DNA of 64,000 nucleotides, taken from positions 119 to 64,118 of the forward strand of contig JAZSQZ010000101.1 of assembly GCA_045538175.1 (NCBI GenBank), in the 5' to 3' direction. This DNA comes from Clostridia bacterium. Lineage in GTDB: Bacteria > Bacillota > Clostridia > Christensenellales > UBA1242. The notes under the pieces are model-generated. The model saw only the letters and a program-made list of their open reading frames with translations, made no database searches and was not told the DNA's origin. Positions 1 through 10,168 of the stretch are shown piece by piece; position 1 is the first letter of the stretch, and each line of letters starts with the position of its first letter. Position numbers and translations under genes: made by a program.

Positions 1-118
1 CACAATAAAAAAAAGATTTTTATGATTGCATACTTGAAAATTAGATTAAGCAATTTTAATTTTAGATATATGTTCAAAAGATTTTATGTTATACTGAAAC
101 TAGGAGAATGTAAGATCT

Positions 119-583
119 ATGTTAACTCACATTAGGATGTTTATAACAGGGAATAATTTTTTTGAAAGTGCAGACTATTGCATGAATGCTAAAGATAGTT
201 TTTTAAAAGGTTTTGATACTCCAGTAATTGTTAATTATGCCTTTGCTTGTGAAGTTTATTTAAAAGCTTTATTATTTTTTTTACAAACTTCTAAAAAACT
301 TAATACGCACAAATTATTTGATTTATATAAAAATTTGCCGGAAGCCCAACAAAAAAACATAGCCATTCAAATGTATAATCAAAATGTTTTGTTGAAAGAT
401 GGTTTAGGTAGAAGTCAACTTGAAAATATTTCTGAAGCTTTTGTAAAATGGAGATATTCTTATGAATATTCCACTTTGCATATTGATACAAGTTATTTAC
501 AGGCTTTTTGTAAAGTGTTGAGAGAAGAATGTAGTAAAACTTTTTTTAATTCAACATGGGATGATGTTAAAGGAAAGATTTAA
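119..583 (+). CDS. HEPN-like domain protein
   Basis: Helical protein with VNYAFACEVYLKAL, THKLFDLY and FVKWRYSYE motifs resembling HEPN domains; SD GGAG upstream. Confidence 0.6.
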   Translation: MLTHIRMFITGNNFFESADYCMNAKDSFLKGFDTPVIVNYAFACEVYLKALLFFLQTSKKLNTHKLFDLYKNLPEAQQKNIAIQMYNQNVLLKDGLGRSQLENISEAFVKWRYSYEYSTLHIDTSYLQAFCKVLREECSKTFFNSTWDDVKGKI

Positions 584-587
584 AATT

Positions 588-618
588 AAAACCGGTAAAA
601 ATATTTGCCGGTTTTTTT
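588..618 (+). terminator. Intrinsic terminator
   Basis: aaaaccggtaaa / tttgccggtttt hairpin followed by a T tract. Confidence 0.7.
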
Positions 619-690
619 ATTTAATAATTATAGATAATTTATATAATTGTGATATAATGTAGCTTGTAAAAGACTATTTAGGAGAACATA

Positions 691-1095
691 ATGGCAAACA
701 TTAGAAAAGAACAAGAAAGAGAAGAATTACATAAAGCAATTTGGAATATTGCAAATGACTTAAGAGGCTCAGTTGATGGTTGGGATTTTAAGCAATATGT
801 TTTAGGCATTATGTTTTATAGATATATTTCTGAAAATATTACTAATTACATTAATGTTGGTGAACACGAAGTAGGCAACCTTGATTTTGATTATGCAAAA
901 TTAAGTGATGCAGAAGCAGAAGAAGCAAGAACTGACATGGTTAAAACAAAGGGCTTCTTTATTCTTCCAAGCCAACTTTTTTGCAATGTAAGAAAGAATG
1001 CTCATAACAATAAAGACTTAAACAATTCTTCGAAAGATTTTTTGGAATTGGATGATAGAAAAAAGATAGGGGGAACCCTATCTTTTTTAATATAA
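691..1095 (+). pseudogene. hsdM: Truncated type I R-M methyltransferase subunit (N-terminal domain only)
   Basis: LHKAIWNIANDLRGSVDGWDFKQYVLGIMFYRYISE is a typical HsdM N-terminus; similarity is lost after ~aa 110, with no SAM-binding or NPP motifs and no hsdS/hsdR nearby. Confidence 0.85.
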
Positions 1096-1249
1096 AAAAT
1101 CTATTTAAACTGCAATATGAAGAACTAAAACACCAACGAGAAGAACGAAGAAAATGTAGAAAAAAAAAGATTTTGAGGTGTAATATTTTGTCGAATGTAT
1201 GGAAATTGTACCAAAATATGCTATAATCTGGAGTGAGGAGTATCAAGAT

Positions 1250-3262
1250 ATGCATATTAGTAATATTAGAATCAATAATTTTCGAAACTTTAATGAATTA
1301 GATGTAAAATTTCATGAGGGACTTAATGTTATTGTTGGACCAAATAATGTTGGAAAATCTAATTTAATTACTGCAATAAATTTTTTATCACAAGACCCAA
1401 ATGTGTCTGCAACGGTTGATGATTTTAATAAATATTTATTATTAAATCATGTTGAAGACATAAAGTCGGTTCCTCCAATTATTGAAATAGAATATACCTT
1501 TGAGCATGATTTAAGTCTTCAAGAGGAAGATTCAGCATTTTCTAAATTATCAAATATTTTAGTTTTTGACCCAATAACAGGAAATATTGAGAGTAATGAA
1601 GATAAGTCAATTGCTCACTTAGTTGCAAAAGTAATATTGAGATATGTATATGATTACAAAGAAATTGATACTTATTTAAATGAAATGGCTAATGTTGATG
1701 ATTTTAAGGGTGTTTACGAGGTTTTATGTAAATTACAAAGAAATTTTAAATGGAATTTTTATAACACAACAAATGATGAAGTTATAGAAAAGAAAATTAT
1801 TAATAATATATTTGAAATTGATGAAATCTCTGCAACGAGAACTATTGAAAGAATCACAGAACATTCAAAAAAATATGTAAATGACAAAATTAAAGATAAG
1901 GCTATAGATACTTTCGCTATAAAACAAAACATAACTAACGTAATACAAGAAAAATTAGTTGATGTAAAGGATGAGATAAATAAAGATATTGATGAAGACC
2001 AAAAACAAATAGGTATATCCAATGGAAAAAATAAATTTGTATCAACTTTCGTATTTGATGGGGAATTATCAGACAGTTTTAAATATGAATTGGAAGACGA
2101 TACTTTTGGATTTCCGCTGCCGCTAAATTATAATGGATTGGGTTATAATAACCTTATTTATATGAGAAACTTGTTAAAACAAAAAAGGAATAATGATTAT
2201 AATATAATTTTAATTGAAGAGCCTGAAGCTCACTTACATCCAAATATGCAATATAAGCTATTGGCATATATTGAGAATTTGCAGGAACAAGAAAATAACG
2301 ATATAAAAATTAAAAATCAAATTTTCGTTACCACTCACTCTCCTAATATTACAGCAACTTTATCAACAAACAATATAATATTATTGTCTATTAATAGAAA
2401 CAATTCTATTCCTACAAATAAAGCAGTTGTACTTTCTAATAACTTTAACTATAACATTGTCAAATCTTTATTCGACAATCCAGCAGATGATGAGGTAGAA
2501 AGGTCTGGGTTGTTAATACAAGCCCAAGAACATTTGTCCAAATTTTTAGATGTAACACGAAGTGATATTTTATTTTCAGAAAAGATAATTTTAGTTGAAG
2601 GTATAGCAGAAAAACTATTAATTCCTAAATATTTTAAAGATTTAGTTAAAGAGCATGTTTCTATTATAGAATTGGGAGGAATTAATTTTAATTATTTTTT
2701 ACCGCTTGCTTTTAATACTTACAAAAAAATATTGTGCATTACGGATAAAGACATTGAAATTATAGAGGAAGATGATAATGGTTTAACTTTAAACATTGAA
2801 GATTATCATAAAGAAACAAATAAAATAAACAAAATGTTTTCTTTATTAGCAAATCAGATTAAAGTTTGTCAACAGAGTAAATTTGGTTCTACATTTGAGA
2901 AAGAGATTTTTATTGAGAACTACGAAAATGGATTTGAAATATTAATGACAATGGTATTGTCTAGCAATTTCTGTGAGTTAATAAAACATAAAAGTTTCAA
3001 TTATTGGAATGAAAATTATTTGAAATATATTACTAATGGAAATCAAAGAAAATTTATAGGAGATTTGATTACAAAATATAAAGTATTGTACGATAGTAAT
3101 GATACGAACAAAGAACTAATAGAAAGAATGTTTTTTACTAATTTATTTTATCACTATGTAAGAAATAAAAAAGGTGATTTTGCATTAGAATTATTTGAAC
3201 ATATAGACAATATAAAAATTCCTTCATATATTGAGGAGGGTGTTAAATGGCTGAATTCATAG
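1250..3262 (+). CDS. gajA: OLD-family ATP-dependent nuclease (ABC ATPase + TOPRIM), Gabija GajA-like
   Basis: Walker A GPNNVGKS, GLGYNNLIY, Walker B IEEPEAHLHP, TTHSP, TOPRIM LVEGIAE and DKD, KGDFA; SD GAGGAG favours the ATG at 1250; overlaps a UvrD gene. Confidence 0.8.
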   Translation: MHISNIRINNFRNFNELDVKFHEGLNVIVGPNNVGKSNLITAINFLSQDPNVSATVDDFNKYLLLNHVEDIKSVPPIIEIEYTFEHDLSLQEEDSAFSKLSNILVFDPITGNIESNEDKSIAHLVAKVILRYVYDYKEIDTYLNEMANVDDFKGVYEVLCKLQRNFKWNFYNTTNDEVIEKKIINNIFEIDEISATRTIERITEHSKKYVNDKIKDKAIDTFAIKQNITNVIQEKLVDVKDEINKDIDEDQKQIGISNGKNKFVSTFVFDGELSDSFKYELEDDTFGFPLPLNYNGLGYNNLIYMRNLLKQKRNNDYNIILIEEPEAHLHPNMQYKLLAYIENLQEQENNDIKIKNQIFVTTHSPNITATLSTNNIILLSINRNNSIPTNKAVVLSNNFNYNIVKSLFDNPADDEVERSGLLIQAQEHLSKFLDVTRSDILFSEKIILVEGIAEKLLIPKYFKDLVKEHVSIIELGGINFNYFLPLAFNTYKKILCITDKDIEIIEEDDNGLTLNIEDYHKETNKINKMFSLLANQIKVCQQSKFGSTFEKEIFIENYENGFEILMTMVLSSNFCELIKHKSFNYWNENYLKYITNGNQRKFIGDLITKYKVLYDSNDTNKELIERMFFTNLFYHYVRNKKGDFALELFEHIDNIKIPSYIEEGVKWLNS

Positions 3263-5169
3263 AATCTTCTCAACTAATAAAAATATATCAAGATAATTTT
3301 AACTTCAAAGTATATGCAGGACCCGGGGCTGGGAAAACTTACTTTTTAGTTCAAAATATTAAAGATGTAATAAAAAATAGTAAGAAATTAAAAGATAATC
3401 AAATTAGGAAAATTCTTTGTATTACTTATACAAATGCTGCTGTTGATGAGATTAAAAATAGACTAGGTCATTATAATGATTATGTTGTTGTGAGAACAAT
3501 TCACTCTTTCTTGTATGAATATGTTATAAAACCATATCAGCAACAATTGAAGATTATTATCAACCAAACTTTCCATACTAACATTAGCAGTAAAACAAAA
3601 ATGTATCCGAGATTAGAAGGATTTGGATTATTATCTAAATTAAAAGTATCAGATTTTATTGGTGTTTTGAAAGAAAAGTATCAAATCCTTATGGCTAACG
3701 AACTAACTAAAAAGAAAATTAGTGAATGTGTTTTAGATATAACAAGCATTAATAAATATCCTTTTAATGAAAAGGGATTACCTTTCATAAAAGAAGTAAC
3801 TGGATTAGGTCATGACGATTTGTTAAAACTAAAAACGGCCCTTTGGGAAGAAGAAGGCGTTTTAGATTTTGATGAAATTTTATATTTTAGTTATATTTTA
3901 TTAAACAAATATGATTTTATATCTTATGATATTCAATACTTATTTCCCTATATTTTAATGGATGAATATCAAGATACAAATCCAATTCAAAATAAAATAT
4001 TAGAATTGTTGTGTGATAAAAAAATCACCATTGGAGTAGTTGGTGATATAGCTCAATCTATTTATGGATTTATTAATTCTACATATAGAGAATTTGAACA
4101 TTTTAAACCGAAAGTGAAAGATTTTAAAACTTTTGTAATTGATGGCAATAGACGTTCTAATCAAAATATAATTCATTTTCTTAATTATATAAGAAGTGCA
4201 GATAAAAAATTAGATGAACAAAAATGTTTAGTTAATCAAAATGCTTCAAAAGTCAAATTTGTTTTATGTGAGTATGAAGATGTTGATATTTTGGCCAAAT
4301 TAAATAATGATAATATAAGAGTTTTGTGTAGAAGATGGACAGATGCCTTTGAATATATAACAAATATTAAAGATGAACAAAGAAAAGCATTAAAACAAGT
4401 ACATAATTATTATAGGTATTCTATTGATATTGATTTAACAAGGGAATTTAATAGTGCTAATATTGATTGGATAAACAATGTAAAGATAATTATTTCTATT
4501 TATAATGCAATCAAATTGGGAAATTTTGGTGGTATCTTAAATCAAATTAAACAAATTTTTGATGTTAATATTTTGAATAATAACCAAAGAGTTAACGGAA
4601 AAGAATTGCTTGAGATAATAAATTTTATAAATTTATTTAAAACATTTGATGATAATATGGAATATTTTGATATCATTCATGCTATAAATAATTTTATAGA
4701 AGGAACATTTTTGAAAAGTTACGAAAAGTTAGAATTGATAGATAAAGACAATGATTTATATCGTGAAAAATTTCATCCATACTTAAATAAACTAGAATTA
4801 AAAACATTAAAAATAATGTATGAAGAAGTATTTACTGAAGATAGTAAATATTTAACAATTCATAAAACAAAAGGCAAAGAATATGATAGTGTTTTGGTAA
4901 ATCTTGTGCCAATGGGTGAAGAAAAGAAATGGGGAGATGTTCTTAATGCTCTTGCAACACCAATCATATTTCATGAAAAAATAAATGATGAAATAACGGA
5001 GTTTATTAGGATAGCTTATGTTGCTTTTAGTCGAGCAAGGAACGACTTGTATATACACTTAAAAAATACAAAAGAAGATATTCAACCTTTGTTGGAAAAA
5101 CTAGAAAAATATTGTAAGAAAAAAAACATTCAGGAACCATTTTACGAAATTATTGATTTAAATGATTAA
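3247..5169 (+). CDS. gajB: UvrD/SF1 helicase, Gabija GajB-like
   Basis: AGPGAGKT, TYTNAA, TIHSF, DEYQD, GDIAQSIY, NRRS, TIHKTKGKEYD, YVAFSRA; overlaps the OLD gene by 16 nt. Confidence 0.8.
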   Translation: MAEFIESSQLIKIYQDNFNFKVYAGPGAGKTYFLVQNIKDVIKNSKKLKDNQIRKILCITYTNAAVDEIKNRLGHYNDYVVVRTIHSFLYEYVIKPYQQQLKIIINQTFHTNISSKTKMYPRLEGFGLLSKLKVSDFIGVLKEKYQILMANELTKKKISECVLDITSINKYPFNEKGLPFIKEVTGLGHDDLLKLKTALWEEEGVLDFDEILYFSYILLNKYDFISYDIQYLFPYILMDEYQDTNPIQNKILELLCDKKITIGVVGDIAQSIYGFINSTYREFEHFKPKVKDFKTFVIDGNRRSNQNIIHFLNYIRSADKKLDEQKCLVNQNASKVKFVLCEYEDVDILAKLNNDNIRVLCRRWTDAFEYITNIKDEQRKALKQVHNYYRYSIDIDLTREFNSANIDWINNVKIIISIYNAIKLGNFGGILNQIKQIFDVNILNNNQRVNGKELLEIINFINLFKTFDDNMEYFDIIHAINNFIEGTFLKSYEKLELIDKDNDLYREKFHPYLNKLELKTLKIMYEEVFTEDSKYLTIHKTKGKEYDSVLVNLVPMGEEKKWGDVLNALATPIIFHEKINDEITEFIRIAYVAFSRARNDLYIHLKNTKEDIQPLLEKLEKYCKKKNIQEPFYEIIDLND

Positions 5170-5487
5170 TTTCTAGAGTATTGTTTTACTGAATTATTTA
5201 AAGACTGGTTAATTTCAGTCTTTTTTCTTGTAAAAATTATTAAAATCTATAACTTTAATATTGTACTACCAAATTGGAGGTAAGTGGTGGTTAGTTGGTT
5301 TTCAAAGGGTTTAGATGGATGGTTTGCAATATTGTTAAAGAGTATCTATACAGTACCTCTAAAATAAGTGCAGAAAGTGACTTTTACAGCCACTTCATAA
5401 AGAACTCAGACACCCACGCAAGTGAAATTTTGAATAAAATATTTGAATAAGCATCACTTTTTAAAAAGTATGTGTTATAATACAAAC

Positions 5488-6222
5488 ATGAAAGAAAACA
5501 AGATTGGAATTTTAAGCTGCGGTTCAATATCTATAGTAACATTGATTTTATCAATCACATTCTCATTAATAGGTTGTAATTGGTCAATGAATTTTTGCTT
5601 TGCTATTATGGGAAGTGCTTTTTTATCTTTTATAATATGTCTCATCAATTACATGGTTTTGCGTAAAAAAATGATTGAGGATTTAGTAAATGATATATAC
5701 AAGTTTAACAATGATTCTTTTGCGCAATTTAGCTATGCAAATAATAAATCAGAGTTAGATAATTTATCGTTAGTAGTCGGTGTTGCTTGCTCTCATTTAA
5801 ATCACTTGATATTTTTGGCATATAATATAAAAACTGGTTTATTTAAATTTGAAAAAAGAAAAAAAGAGATTCTTGATAAAATAATTAATAATTTAGAAAT
5901 AGAAATACAATTTAAATTTAACAATATTGGACAGTATATATTAAAACGACCTAAGAAGGCTGAACAAAGGAAAATTTATTTAAATAAAATTATTCGAAAA
6001 CTACTTGATGACCAAACGTCTTATAAACTAGCATTCAAACTCGCAAAACTTATAAAAACCGAAACTAAGGATGTCGAAGAAACATTTGAGATGTCACAAA
6101 AAGAATTTGAGGTTTGTGTTTGTGATTTAATTGAAAAAGAAATCAAAGTTATGCAATTTAAAGATGATTTAAAAATTAAGAAAAAAACAAATCAAAAAAG
6201 CAAAAAAGACGCCGTAAAATAG
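5488..6222 (+). CDS. Hypothetical protein with two N-terminal TM helices
   Basis: Two hydrophobic segments then a charged helical domain; start placed at the ATG 6 nt after TGTTATAAT. Confidence 0.6.
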   Translation: MKENKIGILSCGSISIVTLILSITFSLIGCNWSMNFCFAIMGSAFLSFIICLINYMVLRKKMIEDLVNDIYKFNNDSFAQFSYANNKSELDNLSLVVGVACSHLNHLIFLAYNIKTGLFKFEKRKKEILDKIINNLEIEIQFKFNNIGQYILKRPKKAEQRKIYLNKIIRKLLDDQTSYKLAFKLAKLIKTETKDVEETFEMSQKEFEVCVCDLIEKEIKVMQFKDDLKIKKKTNQKSKKDAVK

Positions 6223-6487
6223 CGTCTTTTTATGTGGATTGGTGTATCTAAAAGAATTTAAGCCTTCACCTATCTCTTAGGAGGATGTGTTATATCTTAT
6301 ATATTTTTTAAATTTGCTGAATTGCAAACAAGTAAATTTTTGTTTTAAGTGTGATATAGTATAATGGGAAGTGTTGAAATTATAAAAAAAGAGACCCGGT
6401 TCAACTGGGTCCCAAATGGCGGGAAGACCGTTATCCAATCCTAACACCAAAATCTATATTGGTGCTGGGTGGATTGTGCTGAAAATA

Positions 6488-8407
6488 TTATTCAGAAATG
6501 ATAGAATTTAATTCTTTCATTTTTTCAAACCATAGTTTTACTTCTTCATAAACTCCCATATTAACCAATAAATCCTTGGTTACTCCTCGCATTATTGTTT
6601 TATTTAAATATGCTTTGAGAGCTTTTTCTGGATTTTTATCTAATTTAATTCCTGCTAAAGGAGATGTTGTGGTTTGAATGTTTAATATGTGGTTTACCAA
6701 ATCAAAGTCCATATCTGTATATTTATCATAAATGTCTGACAAATCAATTCCAAAGGCACATTCAATTAATGCTGGTGGAATATAATATTCAATTTCTTTT
6801 CTTTGAGTGGTTAATCCAAACCATTTTTCATTTTTACCATTAACATTATTATCCAGAAAATCTTTATATTCTTGTAAATCTCCATCATACAGATGGAATT
6901 GCTTAACAGGTAAATTTTTATAAAAATCTTTCTCTATGCTATTTAAAAGATTTGAACCTTTAAGTGCAATAATATCAACATTCTTGTCAGATAGGTCGAA
7001 AATGTTTTTTAATTCTTGTATTTTATTCAAATTTTGCAAAAAATATTTATCGCTATCACCTTCAACAAAAACAACAAAACCATAATTAGGGTTTGGTAAG
7101 AGACCCATTTCATTTTGTATTTTTTCTATTTCTAACTCGCCATTAATTTCAATAATATTGTCATTTTCATCTTCTGTTAAATAAATCACTTCTTCTTCAG
7201 TAGCATAAGCTAAGTAGTTTGGTGTATGTGTTGTTATTAAAATCTTATATTTGTTCAGTTCATCAATATTTGTAGGGACTTCTTCTCCATTTTCATAAGA
7301 GTGCTTGTTTGACATTGCATATAACTCAGAGATGAATTTTAATTGTAGTTTAGGGTGCAAAGCTGTTTCAGGTTCTTCTATGGCATAAATTATATTCTTC
7401 TTGTTGTTAATATGCGATTTTTTTTGTGCATCGACCATTAAATAACTAAGCAACAATAATCTTCTAATTCCACTTCCTTTCTTATTTATTGGTATATCGT
7501 TGGCATCATTGATGTCATTTGAAATGGCTTTAGACCAGTTGGTTGAAATACTTGCTTTTAAAGAATTTCCCAATCTAGAACTGAATTTTTGCATTTGTTC
7601 GATTGTTGCTTGATTGACTTCGTTTATATGTGATTCAACGATTAATTCTATTTCTTTTAATTTTTCTTTAATTTCATCGCTAGATAATACATCTTTAACA
7701 GCGATGGCGAGTGGGTTTTGAATTTCATTATCTGATGTGTTGTTTTCTCTATCTGCTTTAAATAGGTAGAAATCTGGCATTGATTTTTCTAAATTGGAAT
7801 AAAATTCCTTATCGTTTAAAATAGAACTTGTGTCAATTTGTTTTCTTTCTTGAATGAAATCAGGATTTTGATTCTTTAAATAATCATAAATAGCTAGACG
7901 CATTTGTGAATTAATTCTTCTATCTGCGGAACTATCTGGACACAATTGTTCAAGCAATGCTTTTAATTCAGATTGTTTTTTGGTCAGTATAGAAACATCT
8001 ATATAATTTGGTAAATAACTATTTAATACGATGCTTGGTTTGATAGTTTTATTTTGACAGTTATATATTTTTGTTATTTCAATATTACCATTCTCATTGA
8101 CTAAATATTCTTCTTGTGGATTTATTTCAAATTGTGAATCTATTATCACTTTTTCATTATTTTCTAATGAGAAAGTGCAAGTTATTTCAATTGTTAAATC
8201 ATGATTTTGCAAAGCTTCATGATTTAAATCTTGTATAGAAATCTTGTTTGTTGCATTGTTGCCATTAAAGAAAATATCTAATGCTTCAAAAATTGTTGAT
8301 TTTCCTATATCGTTAATTCCAACAATCATATGAAGATTTTGAGATAAATCTATGTTTATATTTTTATATCTTCTAAAATTTTTTAATTTCATTCCTACAA
8401 GTTTCAT
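6488..8407 (-). CDS. Stand-alone OLD-family ATPase/TOPRIM nuclease
   Basis: GINDIGKS, KGSGIRRL, AIEEPETALHP, TTHTP, FVEGDSD, YDGD, KEIEYY. Confidence 0.8.
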   Translation of the reverse strand: MKLVGMKLKNFRRYKNINIDLSQNLHMIVGINDIGKSTIFEALDIFFNGNNATNKISIQDLNHEALQNHDLTIEITCTFSLENNEKVIIDSQFEINPQEEYLVNENGNIEITKIYNCQNKTIKPSIVLNSYLPNYIDVSILTKKQSELKALLEQLCPDSSADRRINSQMRLAIYDYLKNQNPDFIQERKQIDTSSILNDKEFYSNLEKSMPDFYLFKADRENNTSDNEIQNPLAIAVKDVLSSDEIKEKLKEIELIVESHINEVNQATIEQMQKFSSRLGNSLKASISTNWSKAISNDINDANDIPINKKGSGIRRLLLLSYLMVDAQKKSHINNKKNIIYAIEEPETALHPKLQLKFISELYAMSNKHSYENGEEVPTNIDELNKYKILITTHTPNYLAYATEEEVIYLTEDENDNIIEINGELEIEKIQNEMGLLPNPNYGFVVFVEGDSDKYFLQNLNKIQELKNIFDLSDKNVDIIALKGSNLLNSIEKDFYKNLPVKQFHLYDGDLQEYKDFLDNNVNGKNEKWFGLTTQRKEIEYYIPPALIECAFGIDLSDIYDKYTDMDFDLVNHILNIQTTTSPLAGIKLDKNPEKALKAYLNKTIMRGVTKDLLVNMGVYEEVKLWFEKMKELNSIISE

Positions 8408-8517
8408 TTGTTTTCTCCTTTCTTTTTTTAATTATAACACATAAAAACAAAAACTTAATCTTTTCGACAATATTTGCAAAAAAAGAGAAGAAGTTTTTTA
8501 ACTTCTTTTCGAGAGTT

Positions 8518-8855
8518 TTATTGATTGTTTAACAGGTGAGAATAAACTTCATTTGCTGATAGGTTAGAAAAGTTGCCATTTGTTTCGGCGAAGTTTTTTA
8601 AGCCGGTGGCAAGAATAAAGGCAATTCTCTTTATTTGTTTTTGACTTAGTTTTGTTTTGCCTTGCCTGTAACTTAAAGTATTAAGGTTGAATGTGGCTGA
8701 ATTTTCTGGTATATCTTCACAATCAATAAAACATTTTTTGTCAATAAGTTTTTGCATCTCATATTTTTACAATTATGATAATATGCTTGTGCATTATTGG
8801 CTTTAACCCAATGCTCCATTTGGAGCAATAATAGTATAGCATAAAACATCTTCAA
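8518..8855 (-). pseudogene. Probable gene remnant (two overlapping short ORFs)
   Basis: 79-aa and 60-aa ORFs in different frames, no clear SD. Confidence 0.3.
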
Positions 8856-9115
8856 AAACCATATTTTCTACAAAAAAAGACAAGTGGGTTTCCCACTTGG
8901 TCTAGAAAGGGAGTGCATGCAAATTTGCAATCAGCGACTTTTGAAAAGTGAATACATCAAAAGTGCTGATTTTTAGGGCTTTAGACCAAAAAATATGGCA
9001 AAATGTATACAACTCTTATCCTGCTTACTAAAATAATTTAAGAAAGTATTAAAAATTAGCGGATTTTTCAATTTGTTTATGTTATAATATTTTTAGTTTT
9101 AGAAAAGGAGTAGAA

Positions 9116-10168
9116 ATGGATAAATTTAAAGTCATAGATTTATTTTGTGGTATCGGTGGTTTTTCTTACGGGTTTAGTATGACTGAAAATTTTGAAGTTG
9201 TACTCGGAGCAGATATTTGGAATGTTGCCCTTAACACATTTAAAGAAAATCATTCGGGAACAGAATTACTTAATGAAGATTTGACAAAATTGCCGGATGA
9301 TTATTGGGATAAATATAAAGATAAAGTTGATGTAATAATTGCTGGTCCACCATGTCAGGGATTTAGTATGATTGGGCAACGGAAGAAAGACGATAAAAGA
9401 AATTCTTTGTTTGAAGAAGTTGTTCGTGTTACGAAAATTACTAATCCCAAAATTGTTGTTATTGAAAATGTTGTTGGATTACTTTCTATGACAACACAAG
9501 ACGGAAAAGATGTTAAAGAATTAATAACCGAAGAATTTAACAATCTTGGATATAATGTTAAATATAAGGTTTTAAATGCTGCAGATTATGGTGTTCCACA
9601 ACAAAGAAAAAGAGTTATCTTTATAATCACTAAACCGAATTTTAATGTGGAATATCCAGAACCAAAGTATACTGAAGAAAACTATATTACTGTTGGTCAA
9701 GCAATTGGAAATGTAGACCCTAATGGAGATGAATATTTAGAACCAGATTGTGAATTTCAAAAACAAATGGCTGGAAGAAAAGACATTTGCAACCATGTTA
9801 GACGACAATCAAACGAATTAGTTACTAAAAGAATGTCATTTATTCCACAAGGTGGAAATTGGCAAGATATACCAAAAGAACTTGGAACAGGCGGTGGAAC
9901 TTATAGCAACGCATATAAAAGACTTGACTCTAAAAAACCATCAGTTACAATTAAACATGCTGCAAAAGCTATGATAATTCACCCAACTGAAAATAGAATT
10001 TTAACAGTTAGAGAATGTGCTAGATTACAGTCATTTGATGATAATTTTGTATTAACAGGAAACGGTTCGGACCAACACCAACAATTGGCAAATGCTGTTC
10101 CACCATTACTTGGAAAAGCAATTGCACAAGAAATTTATAAAGGATTGAAAGATAAGAAAAATGTATAA
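9116..10168 (+). CDS. DNA (cytosine-5)-methyltransferase 1
   Basis: DLFCGIGG, GPPCQGFS, ENV, QQRKR, RLQSF, QLANAVPP. Confidence 0.95.
   Translation: MDKFKVIDLFCGIGGFSYGFSMTENFEVVLGADIWNVALNTFKENHSGTELLNEDLTKLPDDYWDKYKDKVDVIIAGPPCQGFSMIGQRKKDDKRNSLFEEVVRVTKITNPKIVVIENVVGLLSMTTQDGKDVKELITEEFNNLGYNVKYKVLNAADYGVPQQRKRVIFIITKPNFNVEYPEPKYTEENYITVGQAIGNVDPNGDEYLEPDCEFQKQMAGRKDICNHVRRQSNELVTKRMSFIPQGGNWQDIPKELGTGGGTYSNAYKRLDSKKPSVTIKHAAKAMIIHPTENRILTVRECARLQSFDDNFVLTGNGSDQHQQLANAVPPLLGKAIAQEIYKGLKDKKNV

Noticed and set aside
5230-5440. Slightly GC-richer intergenic stretch after gajB
   Set aside because: No convincing hairpins, repeats or ORF; probably a mobile-element remnant
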